In this document: in pieces, positions 20,370-31,100 of the stretch
Position numbering within the stretch: the first letter of the stretch is position 1
Layout: the number at the start of each line of letters is the position of its first letter
DNA from: Pseudomonadales bacterium
GTDB taxonomy: Bacteria > Pseudomonadota > Gammaproteobacteria > Pseudomonadales > IMCC2047
Length of the DNA: 64,000 nucleotides
Reading direction: 5' to 3'
Assembly: GCA_965230515.1 (NCBI GenBank)
Contig: OZ246007.1
Coordinates: 391,337-455,336, forward strand
Notes under the pieces: model-generated
What the model saw: only the letters and a program-made list of their open reading frames with translations
The model's database searches: none
What the model was told of the DNA's origin: nothing
Program-made: the position numbers and the translations under genes

Positions 20370-20554
20370 CCCTCTCCCCTTTTTATGGGGAGAGGGTTAG
20401 GGTGAGGGGAAAAACAAAAACCAACCCATCAACAAGTTATAAGATCTTCCCTCACCTCAGTCCCCAGAGGGAGAGGAGGATGTTTCTGTCATGTCTTGCG
20501 CCACACCCTCTTTTAAGGAGAAAAGAGGCCTTTCTTTTTTACCTGTCGCGACAC
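20370..20554 (+). repeat. Structured intergenic repeat, copy 1 (nested purine/pyrimidine hairpins plus G-tracts)
   Basis: It aligns along its length with 34376-34562 in the same orientation. It contains the hairpins cctctcccc/ggggagagg and cctctttt/aaaagagg and the long-range pair ggtgaggg/ccctcacc. Boundaries are approximate. Confidence 0.7.
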
Positions 20555-20726
20555 TCTCTTCCGCGGTGGAGTCGGGACTGAAAACGCATGCTTTTAGACT
20601 TAAATCAGTACCACGGATTGCTGTCCTCTTGTATAAACCGACATTCCTGGCTGGTCGGTAGAATTTTTTGTCTCAAGTCGGTTATGTTACCCTAAGCACT
20701 TAACACAGTCCCAGCGGTAGTGAAGC

Positions 20727-22292
20727 ATGTTACAACATCATTTTATTGCCGTCGCCAGACAGACACCTAAAAAGCTGGCGTTTATTGACAAGGCGACTAA
20801 TCGGGAGATTAGTTATCGTCAGGCACTCACTGCGTCTTTTATTCTGGCCAGGCGTCTACGTCGATTTGAGAAAGGATCAATTGGCATTATGTTGCCCACT
20901 TCGGCTGGAGCTGCGCTGGCAACTCTGGGCGCATTAATCGCCGGACTGACGCCGGTGATGATCAATTACTCTACCGGTGCTGAAAAAAACTGTCTTTTTG
21001 CCCAGTCCAAATGCGACTTCCGCACGATCATAACCACTGCTCCATTACTCGAAAAGTGCAACTGCCCGCTATTACCTGAGATGGTGCTTTTGGAGGAGAT
21101 GCTTGGACAATTATCGATCTATGAAAAAGTAATTGCCACCCTGAAAATCCAGCTGCCTCTTTGGCTATTAAGACGGTGTAGCGGCAAACAAAATCCGGAA
21201 TCAAATGCCGTGATCCTGTTCACCAGCGGTAGCGAAAAAGAACCCAAAGTTGTACCGCTGACACATCGCAACATCCTGTCCAATATCGAGGGTTTTTCTG
21301 ATGCGCTTGCATTTGAAGGAATGGACCGGTTGCTTGCCATCCTGCCTTTTTTTCATGTATTTGGCTTCACCACCAATCTGTGGATGCCTATCTATCATGG
21401 CATGACGTCCATAACCTACCCCAACCCGCTCGATTATAAAATTATCGCCAGATTGATAAAGGAACAGCAGATAAAAGTACTGGTGGGTACACCGGTTTTC
21501 CTCGAGGGCTACCTGAAACAATCAAAGCCTGGTGATTTCGTCAGCATTGAACTGGCAGTGTGTGGCGCCGATAAGTGCCCGGAAGCCTTGCGTAAGGCCT
21601 ACCTGGAAAAACACAACATTGAGATACTGGAGGGGTATGGCACAACAGAAACCTCCCCAGTGCTGTCGGTGAATACCAAAGAGGCCAACAAGCCAGGCAG
21701 CATCGGCAGGCCCATTACCGGTGTACGTGTCAAAATTCAGGATTATGATTCAGGAGATCTTTGTGCCACCGGAAAAATGGGTAAGATACTGGTAAAAGGT
21801 GACAGCATCATGAAAGGCTACCTGAATGACCTCGAAGAAACCTCTCTCAGAATCAAATCCGGCTGGTATGACACAGGTGATCTGGGCTATCTGGATGAGG
21901 ATGGTTTTCTCTGGCATTGCGGTCGATTAAAACGATTTTTGAAAATTGGTGGCGAAATGGTCTCGCTGGTTCAGGTCGAAGATGCGTTGTCTCAGGTGCT
22001 CCCGGAGGGAATTGAATGTTGTGCCGTAGAACTGCCCGATGCCAAGCGGGGGGCAAAAATTGTTGCCGTGGTTAATGCCGAAGTGGAGAAAACGGAGATA
22101 CAAAAGAAACTCGCTGAGCTATTACCCAATATTGCGCTACCCAAAGATTATGTTGTGATCTCCGATTTCCCCCGAATGGGTAGCGGCAAAACCGATTTTC
22201 GTACATTAACCAATATGGTCCAGTTTCCACAGGAAGAATCAAGCCTGGATCCACCACTGGCTTTAATCGAAGCGAATGATCAACAACGCTGA
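20727..22292 (+). CDS. AMP-dependent acyl-CoA/acyl-ACP synthetase family ligase
   Basis: It has the adenylation motifs TSGSEKEPKVV, GYGTTE, YDTGDLG and GSGKTD. Confidence 0.8.
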   Translation: MLQHHFIAVARQTPKKLAFIDKATNREISYRQALTASFILARRLRRFEKGSIGIMLPTSAGAALATLGALIAGLTPVMINYSTGAEKNCLFAQSKCDFRTIITTAPLLEKCNCPLLPEMVLLEEMLGQLSIYEKVIATLKIQLPLWLLRRCSGKQNPESNAVILFTSGSEKEPKVVPLTHRNILSNIEGFSDALAFEGMDRLLAILPFFHVFGFTTNLWMPIYHGMTSITYPNPLDYKIIARLIKEQQIKVLVGTPVFLEGYLKQSKPGDFVSIELAVCGADKCPEALRKAYLEKHNIEILEGYGTTETSPVLSVNTKEANKPGSIGRPITGVRVKIQDYDSGDLCATGKMGKILVKGDSIMKGYLNDLEETSLRIKSGWYDTGDLGYLDEDGFLWHCGRLKRFLKIGGEMVSLVQVEDALSQVLPEGIECCAVELPDAKRGAKIVAVVNAEVEKTEIQKKLAELLPNIALPKDYVVISDFPRMGSGKTDFRTLTNMVQFPQEESSLDPPLALIEANDQQR

Positions 22293-22383
22293 ACAGTTTA
22301 CTGTTATAAACCAGCTATTAATCCAAGGGATTTGAGGGCAGTTTGCTAAAGCTTATATCCGCTATGTTTTAGCCAGTCTTCTT

Positions 22384-22788
22384 TTATTGTGCTACCAGAG
22401 AAACGTCAAACACCCCGGCTTCACGTGCTGCATCGGCCACCTGAATAAAGGCTTTGGCCGTGGCTTTTGCATGTGACCGCACAATGACCGGCGCTTTGGG
22501 GCGTTCAGCGTGAAGACGTTCAATATTGGAACGCAGCGCACGCACATCGATACGCCGCTTTTCAAGGTAATAGTCGTCATTTTCACCGACGGAAATAACA
22601 ATAGCGGCGTTTTCTTCATCCGATTGGTTTTGTGAGGAGTCTGGTCTGTCCACCTCGATGCCGATCTCCTTGACAAACGAGGCGGTGACAATGAAGAAAA
22701 TAAGCATAATAAACACCACATCCAGCATGGGTGTTAAGTCAATGTCCGAGGCTTCCTCTTCACGTCTATTCAGCTTCGATCGATGCAT
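22384..22788 (-). CDS. exbD: ExbD/TolR family biopolymer transport protein (orphan)
   Basis: IDLTPMLDVVFIMLIFFIV is the ExbD TM signature and the length of 134 aa fits. There is no adjacent exbB or tonB. Confidence 0.8.
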   Translation of the reverse strand: MHRSKLNRREEEASDIDLTPMLDVVFIMLIFFIVTASFVKEIGIEVDRPDSSQNQSDEENAAIVISVGENDDYYLEKRRIDVRALRSNIERLHAERPKAPVIVRSHAKATAKAFIQVADAAREAGVFDVSLVAQ

Positions 22789-22964
22789 AACCCGCTTCCT
22801 CCGGTCTATCTAATATCGATTGAACATCTGTTATTGCACGTTAAGCTTCATCCTATACAAAAAGGACCAGCTAATGCCATACGAGCGCTGAATTAAGAGC
22901 GCATGGCTTGATTTTGCGCAATCGTCTGTCAATGACGTGCCAACAACTTGCTTTCATAAACGGG

Positions 22965-23273
22965 TTACGTTTTTATTTCACCAGTCTCATTATCCACTAC
23001 AACCGGCGTTTCAAAATACTCTATTTGAGGTTCAACCCCGAATTTACTCTTAATCATACCCGTTAAGATATTTTCGTTGAAGTTAACGGCAGACGCGCGG
23101 TCTCGCCAAAGGTAGACACCTCCGACCAGGTTCCCGTCGTCGGCCAGCAAAAACTGTTTTCGGATTAAACCTTCAATATTCTGGAACACCGGAGCCACCT
23201 CCATGAACGAGCTTTTGGCAGCCTCCAATGTAATGGAGTCTGGCAGAGGTATTCTGGTAATGGTTGTTATCAT
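22965..23273 (-). CDS. YdhR-like ABM-fold putative monooxygenase
   Basis: It is ~100 aa with GLIRKQFLL...GGVYLWRDRASA, resembling the YdhR family. The start is chosen at MITTITRIP. Confidence 0.5.
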   Translation of the reverse strand: MITTITRIPLPDSITLEAAKSSFMEVAPVFQNIEGLIRKQFLLADDGNLVGGVYLWRDRASAVNFNENILTGMIKSKFGVEPQIEYFETPVVVDNETGEIKT

Positions 23274-23312
23274 CGTCAGTCCGTCCTTTAGCAACTGTTA
23301 GGGGATGTCCGT

Positions 23313-24209
23313 TCACTGCTCATTGGCAACGCCATGCGGTACGTGACCGGTTGGCACATGCTCACGCGCGGAATGGCAGTGGCCCTCCTGGTCATCAAAA
23401 AACACATCTGCATCAAAGGCACGTAGAAACTCACCCTTATCCATGCCACCTAAAAATATGGATTCATCAATACGAATCTTCCAGGCTCGCAGGGTTTTTA
23501 CCACGCGCTCATGTGTGGGTGCCGATCGAGCGGTAATCAATGCCGTTCTAATCGGACAATCTCCTTCCGAAAACTCCGTCTGTATCTGATGCATCGCCGC
23601 CAGAAACGGTTTGAACGGTCCGCCGCTAAGCGGAAGATTGGCAGCGGCTTTCTCGCTTAGCGTGAAGGCTTCCAGCCCTTTTGTTTTATAAACTTTTTCC
23701 GCTTCATCGGAAAATAGAACCGCATCTCCATCAAATGCCAGTCGCAGTTGATCATCCTCGGCGGAGCGACTCTTGGAGGGTAGAATGGTGGCCGCAGCAT
23801 ACCCGCTTTGCAATGCCTGTTGTACATCTTCGGCATGGGTTGAAAGAAACAGCTGGCTGCCAAATGAAGACACATAGCGATAGGGGCTTTCACCACCACA
23901 AAAAGCAGCTCTGGTAATTGACAGATTGTAATGTTGAATAGAGTTAAAAATACGCAGCCCGGTATCGGCGCTGTTTCTGGAAAGCAAAATCACTTCAACC
24001 CGTGGCTCCCCATCCAGTTTATCGTTAATGCCCAACAGTTTTTGCACCAGTGGATACGCATCTCCGGGCTGTAACGGCTCCTCTTCATGCGCAATCTGAT
24101 ATTCAGCGTAGGCTTTTAGGCCTTGTGCCTGATAAACTTCATGACTCTCGTTCAGATCAAATAATGCACGAGAAGATATGGCGACTACCAGTTTGTTGTT
24201 AAAATCCAT
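23313..24209 (-). CDS. 5'-nucleotidase (pfam06189-like)
   Basis: It has LVVAISSRALFDL...YQIAHEEEPLQPG and a C-terminal HAD-like FFDDQ motif. The start is chosen at MDFNNK. Confidence 0.6.
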   Translation of the reverse strand: MDFNNKLVVAISSRALFDLNESHEVYQAQGLKAYAEYQIAHEEEPLQPGDAYPLVQKLLGINDKLDGEPRVEVILLSRNSADTGLRIFNSIQHYNLSITRAAFCGGESPYRYVSSFGSQLFLSTHAEDVQQALQSGYAAATILPSKSRSAEDDQLRLAFDGDAVLFSDEAEKVYKTKGLEAFTLSEKAAANLPLSGGPFKPFLAAMHQIQTEFSEGDCPIRTALITARSAPTHERVVKTLRAWKIRIDESIFLGGMDKGEFLRAFDADVFFDDQEGHCHSAREHVPTGHVPHGVANEQ

Positions 24210-24444
24210 TACAAGACTCACGCGGTTGAATATGCTCTTTTTATCACGATCCCATGACAAATCCTATAAAGAGTTTTCAGCAAATCCGTCGGTATACCTA
24301 TAAAGTGGAGTCTGAGTGAATGCAGCCTCATCAACAATTTATTGGTGCTTAGTGGATTATTGCTCTTTGCATATAGCTTGCAAAGTACTCTACAAAAACA
24401 ACGTAACACACTGTATATTATGACAAATAAGGAAATATAATCGC

Positions 24445-25416
24445 ATGAAAGGTGTATTCTTAGATGCAGATTCCATCGCACCCGAAGATCTAAACCTGGA
24501 CAAACTCAACGCGGAATTTTCACAGCTCATCTGTTATCCCTCTACCGAGCCTGATGAGCGGTTGGAACGTATAAGGGATGCAGAGGTTGTTATCACTAAC
24601 AAAATTCCGATTGATAAGTCACTACTGGAGCAGGCAAAGACGCTCAAACTGGTTATGGTTGCCGCTACCGGAGCCAATAATATTGACCTGGACGCTGCCC
24701 AACAGCATAGCGTAGCAGTCGCCAACGTAACAGGATACAGCGCCGCATCCGTAGCGCAGCACACTTTCTCTCTGATTCTGGCCTTATCTACCCACCTGCT
24801 TGAGTACCATAACGAGGTTCAGCAAGGTGCCTGGGGACAAAATCATTTTTTCTGTCTGTTGCATCACCCCATCACAGAGCTGAGTGGCAAGAAACTGGTG
24901 ATCGTTGGTTACGGTGAGATAGGTAAGGCTGTTGCTAAAGCGGCCAGCGGATTTGGCATGGAGGTGCTGTTGGCGGATAGCTTGAAGCCCGATCAATCAG
25001 CAGAAAAAACGGATGAATTCATACGCCAACCACTGGAAGAACTGTTACCTGTTGCTGATGTGCTTTCCCTGCACTGCCCCCTAACAGCGCATACGGAAAA
25101 TCTCATTGCCGAACAGCAACTTGCTGCGATGAAATCCACCGCTTTGCTTGTTAATACAGCACGCGGTGGCCTGGTTAATGAGCAGGCACTGTTAAACGCA
25201 TTGCAAAATAAACAGATCGCCGGGGCCGGCATTGATGTATTGACCAGCGAGCCGCCCAAAGCGGGCAATACTTTGCTGAATACCGGGCTTCCAAATTTGA
25301 TAGTCACGCCACATTGTGCCTGGGGTAGCCGTGAAGCACGACAAAGGCTGGCCAACGAAATGGCGCTCAATCTGAACGCCTTTAAACAGGGACAGTCTCG
25401 TAACCGGTTGGTGTAA
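24445..25416 (+). CDS. D-isomer-specific 2-hydroxyacid dehydrogenase (glycerate dehydrogenase-like)
   Basis: It has the NAD-binding motif VGYGEIGKAV and a catalytic-region pattern (NTARGGLV...TPHCAW). Confidence 0.8.
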   Translation: MKGVFLDADSIAPEDLNLDKLNAEFSQLICYPSTEPDERLERIRDAEVVITNKIPIDKSLLEQAKTLKLVMVAATGANNIDLDAAQQHSVAVANVTGYSAASVAQHTFSLILALSTHLLEYHNEVQQGAWGQNHFFCLLHHPITELSGKKLVIVGYGEIGKAVAKAASGFGMEVLLADSLKPDQSAEKTDEFIRQPLEELLPVADVLSLHCPLTAHTENLIAEQQLAAMKSTALLVNTARGGLVNEQALLNALQNKQIAGAGIDVLTSEPPKAGNTLLNTGLPNLIVTPHCAWGSREARQRLANEMALNLNAFKQGQSRNRLV

Positions 25417-25427
25417 CAACAAACAGC

Positions 25428-28148
25428 ATGAAACCCTTGTTTGATCTTAATCTCATCGCCGATTTTATAGACGGTCAGGTCGCTAATCAGCCTTTTATTA
25501 TTACCGCCAACCAACGGCTTGCTAATGAAATCAGTGCTGCATTTGAAAGCCGGGTTGGATTGCAGGATGCACACTGTCAAATCAAGCCTGAAATCCTCCC
25601 GGTTGAAGATTGGATTACGGGCTGCTGGCAGCAGTTGGTCTGTCAGGGTGATCAGATTGCCCTCTCTGTCAGACCGCTGACCGCTAACCAGGATTTATTG
25701 CTTTGGGAACAGATTGTCCGTAATGATCCAGATACGTTATTACTCAAGCCCCATGCCACCGCCAGGGTGGCTCAAGCAGCACAACGAACCTTATATCTAT
25801 GGCAAACTCCCGTTTCCGGCGCCTTTTCCTTTCATCCGGACTGCGCCCGTTTTGCGGATTGGTCCCGACAATATCAACAACGTTGCACAAAGGATGGCTT
25901 TGTTAGCGCAGCGAGACTGGCAGAAATCGTCAATGAGGCTTTTAGACAAAACAAGCTGGTTAGGCAGGACGCTATTTTACCGATCGGATTTCAACAGATT
26001 CCACCTTTGTATAGCGAACTGTTTAAGCTGGGTGGTACCAAAACAGTTGAATATGAAAAGAACCGCTGCTCTGCTAAAAGCTTTCGTCAGGGTTTCGACA
26101 GCACGGAGCAGGAGATCAAAGCGGCCGCATCCTGGATCAGAGCGGAGCTGGAGGAAAACCCGAATCAGTGTATCGCACTTATCGTCCCCGATTTGAAGTC
26201 CAGGCGAAACCAGATTGAGCGCCTGTTCAGCGCCGAGTTTGAGCCGCAATACCAGCTTCCGGACACACCTCGTTACCAATGCCCGTTTAATATCAGTGCA
26301 GGTATTCCGCTAAGTGATACGCCCGTTATTCAGACTGCTTTATTGCTTCTCAAGACCTTGACTGGCGAATTGGATACATTGGAATGGCTGACGCTACTGC
26401 ATAATCCATTTGTTTTTAACCAGACCGATATCCGACGGTCACTCTGCGATGCGGAGCTACAGATTCGCAGAACCGGGTTTGCGAAACTAACGGCAACTCA
26501 GCTTAAACAGATTCTTGTTGAAACCGAGATACAACAAGATGGTGCACTGAGTAGTTGGGTGGACGCACTCGACCAATTAATTCAGGAACGGCAACGACTC
26601 AGCAATCATAAGGCCCCGCTAGCGTATTGGATTGAGCGTGCAGAGACATTGCTGGCATCCTTTCAGTGGCCGGGAGCGCGCTCACTGGACAGCATTGAGT
26701 ATCAGCAGGTAAAACGCTGGCGTGCACTACTGGAGGAGTTTGCAGAGTTATCTGTTATCTGCGGAGAAGTTAGTTTTGAAACGATGGCCGGCATGTTGAA
26801 TCGCTATGCCAACGGTCTGGAGTTTCAGGCTGAATCCAAAAAATCGCCCATCCAGATTTTAGGTATGCTGGAGGGTGGAGGACTCGCCTTTGATGCCATT
26901 TGGCTGATGGGTATGAATGATAGAAACTGGCCACCCTCCCCGGCACCTAACCCGTTTATTCCAATTATGCTTCAGGTTGAGCAGGAGATGCCACATGCGA
27001 GTGCTGAACGCGAGTTGGGATTTACTAAAATGCTGTTCAGTGATTACCTGCAAGGGACAGACAAGTTGATTGCCAGTTATGCGCTGTGGGATAAAGATCA
27101 ACCATTACTCCCAAGCCCCCTGCTTGATAACACAGAACCCTTTGCAAACTCGTCCGAACCCGGTAATAGCTACCCCCATCCCTACTACAATCTGTTGTTA
27201 GAAGGGATACCTTCATCATTGACCCGAATAAGTGATGCTAATGCCCCTCCCATCAATAACTCCATAAAACCTATCAAAGGTGGGGCCCAGATTCTGAAGG
27301 ATCAGGCAGCGTGCCCATTCAAGGCATTTGCCACCCACAGACTTGGGGCAAGGGCACTGGATACACCAGAGCATCTGCTGAGCGCCAGCGAACGGGGCGT
27401 CCTGTTGCACCGTGCACTGGAACTGGTCTGGAAAACCACTCACACACTACAGCAGCTTAAAGAGCTGGATATCCGCGCCCTAAATACAATCATCAATCAG
27501 GCAGCTACCAGCGCGGTTTTAAGGTTGGCGGGCAAACGCCCTGATCTTCTCGGAGAAACCCTGGTCAACCTTGAGATAGAGCGATTACACAACCTGGTTC
27601 ATACCTGGTTAAAGGTTGAAATGGATCGACAGCCATTTGAGGTTGATGCCACAGAATCTGCAGCCCGCGTTGAGCTTTCCGGCATCACCCTGACACTCAG
27701 AATTGATCGAATAGACCGTCTGGAAGATGGCAGTCTGGTGCTCATTGATTACAAAACCGGTGAATGCAATATCAGGCAGTGGCAGGGGGAGCGCCCCGAT
27801 GATCCCCAGCTTCCTCTCTATTCAATCAGTCTGGCTGTTACAAATGATGTCTGTGCACTTGCGTTTGCACAGGTCAATGTCGACAAACAGCGTTTTTTGG
27901 GTATTGCCCGGCAGCAGAATGTTGCTTCCGGAATTACCCCCCCTGAAAAGATAAAAAACTGGGAGATGGCCAGAGAATGGCCGGACCTCCAGGTACAATG
28001 GCGTGCATACCTGGAGGCGCTGATGACCGCATTTGCCAGGGGCGAAGCTAATGTTGACCCTAAAAACGGGACTACCTGCCGTTACTGCAACTTAGGCAGC
28101 CTGTGCCGCGTAAAAGATGCACGCAGTTTCAGCGAGGTCAGCCTATGA
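25428..28148 (+). CDS. AddB-like PD-(D/E)XK nuclease subunit with iron-staple cysteines
   Basis: It has an intact RecB-type nuclease motif (RIDRIDRL...LVLIDYKTGE...QLPLY) and Cys residues at AACPFKAF plus a C-terminal CRYCNLGSLC. There is no Walker A motif. Confidence 0.75.
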   Translation: MKPLFDLNLIADFIDGQVANQPFIITANQRLANEISAAFESRVGLQDAHCQIKPEILPVEDWITGCWQQLVCQGDQIALSVRPLTANQDLLLWEQIVRNDPDTLLLKPHATARVAQAAQRTLYLWQTPVSGAFSFHPDCARFADWSRQYQQRCTKDGFVSAARLAEIVNEAFRQNKLVRQDAILPIGFQQIPPLYSELFKLGGTKTVEYEKNRCSAKSFRQGFDSTEQEIKAAASWIRAELEENPNQCIALIVPDLKSRRNQIERLFSAEFEPQYQLPDTPRYQCPFNISAGIPLSDTPVIQTALLLLKTLTGELDTLEWLTLLHNPFVFNQTDIRRSLCDAELQIRRTGFAKLTATQLKQILVETEIQQDGALSSWVDALDQLIQERQRLSNHKAPLAYWIERAETLLASFQWPGARSLDSIEYQQVKRWRALLEEFAELSVICGEVSFETMAGMLNRYANGLEFQAESKKSPIQILGMLEGGGLAFDAIWLMGMNDRNWPPSPAPNPFIPIMLQVEQEMPHASAERELGFTKMLFSDYLQGTDKLIASYALWDKDQPLLPSPLLDNTEPFANSSEPGNSYPHPYYNLLLEGIPSSLTRISDANAPPINNSIKPIKGGAQILKDQAACPFKAFATHRLGARALDTPEHLLSASERGVLLHRALELVWKTTHTLQQLKELDIRALNTIINQAATSAVLRLAGKRPDLLGETLVNLEIERLHNLVHTWLKVEMDRQPFEVDATESAARVELSGITLTLRIDRIDRLEDGSLVLIDYKTGECNIRQWQGERPDDPQLPLYSISLAVTNDVCALAFAQVNVDKQRFLGIARQQNVASGITPPEKIKNWEMAREWPDLQVQWRAYLEALMTAFARGEANVDPKNGTTCRYCNLGSLCRVKDARSFSEVSL

Positions 28149-31100
28149 GCGCTGTGATTGATAGCACGCAAAGGCGGGAAGCCCTGGACCCGAATCAGTC
28201 GCTGGCTGTCACGGCCCCGGCGGGTTCGGGAAAAACAGAGCTTTTGACGCGTCGGGTACTTACGCTACTTGCGGGTGTTGAACAGCCGGAGCAGATTCTA
28301 GCCATCACCTTCACACGAAAAGCGGCTAATGAGATGAGGCATCGGATTCTGGCCGCTTTACAGATAGCTCGTCAGGATGCGCCTGAAGATGCCTATCAAA
28401 AGGAGTTATGGGAGATTGCCAGACGGGCATTGGCGCGCGATACCAGCAAAGGCTGGCAGCTTCTGGAAAACCCGAATCGCCTGCGACTTCAGACAATCGA
28501 CAGCTTCTGTATGTCGCTGGTCAGACAGATGCCAATCCTGAGTGGCATCGGCGGGGATCTCGGAATCTGTGATAAACCTGAGCTCCTATACAAAGAGGCT
28601 ATACGACGGTTATTTGAACAGTTAAAGACTGGTGGGCCGGCCTTAACCGATCTTAAAAAATTGCTATCACACCTGGACAACAACCTGGTGCGAGTAGAGT
28701 CACTGTTGAGTGTTATTCTGGGAAAAAGAGAACAGTGGCTACGCTATCTGGTCGGACATGGTAGTGATTTGGATTACTTTAAAAAACAGCTGGAAAGCCA
28801 TCTAGAGTGTCTGGTCACCGAAACACTGGCAAATCTCCATGATCAGCTTGAGCATGCGTACCCTGCCCTGCTTCAAACACTGAAATTTGCATCGCTTAAC
28901 CTGCCGACAGACAAGCGGCTGCTTGATCCTGATGCGACTGCTTTGCCCGATTACTCATCGGAACAACTCTCAACCTGGAAAAAAATCAGCAATTTGTTGT
29001 TAACTCGATCCGGAACCTGGCGGGTTAAGCTGACAAAAAACGAAGGTTTTCCGGTTGCTCCCAACAGTAGGGAGAAAACGGCTTATCGTGAGGCAAAAGA
29101 AAGTGCACTTGCCTTGATTGAACAGTTTTCAACAAATGAGGATTTAAGATTACTTTTGGTGGAAATTAACAGCCTGCCCCAGCCCCGATACGATGAAAGG
29201 CAGTGGCAGTTATTGGGCTGCCTGAGCCACCTGTTGCCGCAACTGGCGGCAGAGCTGATACTGGTTTTTGGTGAAGCTGGGGAAGTCGATCATCAGCAAA
29301 TTACCATTGCCGCACACGCCGCGCTTGGACACAGAGAAGTGCCGAGTGATATCAGTCTGTTACTTGATCACCGTCTGCACCATATCCTGGTCGATGAATT
29401 TCAGGACACCTCTTCCACACAGTTTCAGTTATTGTCACGTTTGACCGAGAGTTGGCAACCGGGTGACGGCAAGTCATTTTTTATTGTTGGTGACGGGATG
29501 CAATCCTGCTATGGATTCAGGGACGCAAATGTCGGGCTGTTTCTTGCGGCCAGGCAGTTTGGTATCGGAAACGTAAAGCTTCAACCGCTGGAGCTGGAGG
29601 TCAATTTCCGCTCTCAACAGGGTATTGTTGACTGGGTCAACGGTTGTTTCAGTCAGGCATTTCCTGATAAAGACGATATTTCCCGAGGAGCGGTCAGCTA
29701 TACCGGTTGTATCGCGTTTAAGAAGCAATCGGATACCAATCCTGTGGCCTTTTATGTTTGTGAGGAAGACACGGAAAGAGCAGTCGAAGCTGACCAGGTG
29801 GTTCAACTGGTACAGCAATATAAAGATGAAGCACCCCAAGAAAGTATTGCTATTCTGGTGCGCAATCGCTCACATTTGGGTGCTATCACGCAACGACTTA
29901 CCGAGGTGTGCATTCCTTGGTCCGGCGTTGATCTGGAGCCTTTAACGGACAAGCCCGCTATTCAGGACCTGCTGGCACTGACCCGGGCTGCACTTAATCC
30001 GGTGGATCGTGTGGCATGGTTGTCGATTCTTCGTGCCCCCTGGTGTGGCCTTACCCTGAAGGACCTGGAGCTTATTGCCGGCCTGGAAAGTGGCCAGCAG
30101 CCCGTGTGGTTTGCTATCAACGACGACAATATCACGCAAGGACTGTCGAGCGCCGGGTTTCAGGCACTTCACAAGCTTAAAGAAATATTTACGACGGCTT
30201 TCGCTCAGCGCGCGAGAAAGCCGCTGCGCCAATGGATAGAGGGTCTTTGGTTAGCGTTGGCTGGTCCAGCCACAGTATCCTCCATCCATGAACTAAAGCA
30301 GGTTAGTATTTATTTTGAGCTGTTGAAAAAACACCAGAAAAACGGGCTGACACTGGATATTGAACAGTTCTGCCATGCTGTTGATGAAATATACGCACAA
30401 CCGGAAGAGCAAGCAGGCGCCGTGCAAATCATGACCATCCATAAGGCTAAGGGTCTTGAATTTGATCGTGTCATTATTCCCGGCATGGACCGAGGAGGAC
30501 GATCACAGGGTAATGAACTAATGCTGCAACATGAGCGCCTTTCCAATCAAGGATGTGTGCATTTAATGATTAGTCCGATTGCGGCATCAGGAGGCGAGCA
30601 GGACAGCCTCTACGAATACATTAAGCAGGAGCAGAAACAAAAAGTCCGATTGGAGAATACCCGGTTGACCTACGTGGCTGCGACACGCGCCATCAAACGG
30701 CTGGCGCTGATCGCCTGCTTGAAACGCAATCCGGAAACAAATCGTTTAGTGGCACCACCAGGCGCGAGCCTGCTGCATTGCCTGTGGCCGGTGATTGAAG
30801 ATCAGGCAATCTGTATAAAACCCGAGGCATTACAGAAACAGGTGCTTAGGGCCAATCAACAGGGCCCGGAGTTTTCGCTGTTACGTTTCGATGAAGACTG
30901 GGTTAGCCCCGCCCTGCCCAAGGGAGATATCCTGCACGCCTATCGTGGCCATGAATATGGGGACCAGCCGGAGAACACCGTAATTTCGGAATCTGATGTC
31001 CTGCTGGAAAAAGCTGTCAGGCAGTTGTTCTATGCCATTGAGCAGACAGGCATCGAACAGTGGATAAACGGGCATCAAGACTATTTGCCGGTTATTCTCA

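Noticed and set aside
20255-20581. 108-aa ORF (…PLSPFYGERVRVRGK…)
   Set aside because: It is a translation of the structured intergenic repeat. The second repeat copy has indels that break the frame, so it is not a conserved protein.
24993-25580. 195-aa minus-strand ORF spanning the dehydrogenase/AddB-like junction
   Set aside because: It is antisense to two well-supported plus-strand genes and has a Cys/Ser-rich odd composition.
28103-28144. Upstream start for the AddA-like helicase (MPRKRCTQFQRGQP...)
   Set aside because: It would overlap the AddB-like gene by 46 nt. The ATG at 28145 gives a classic ATGA stop/start overlap and a normal distance to the Walker A motif.
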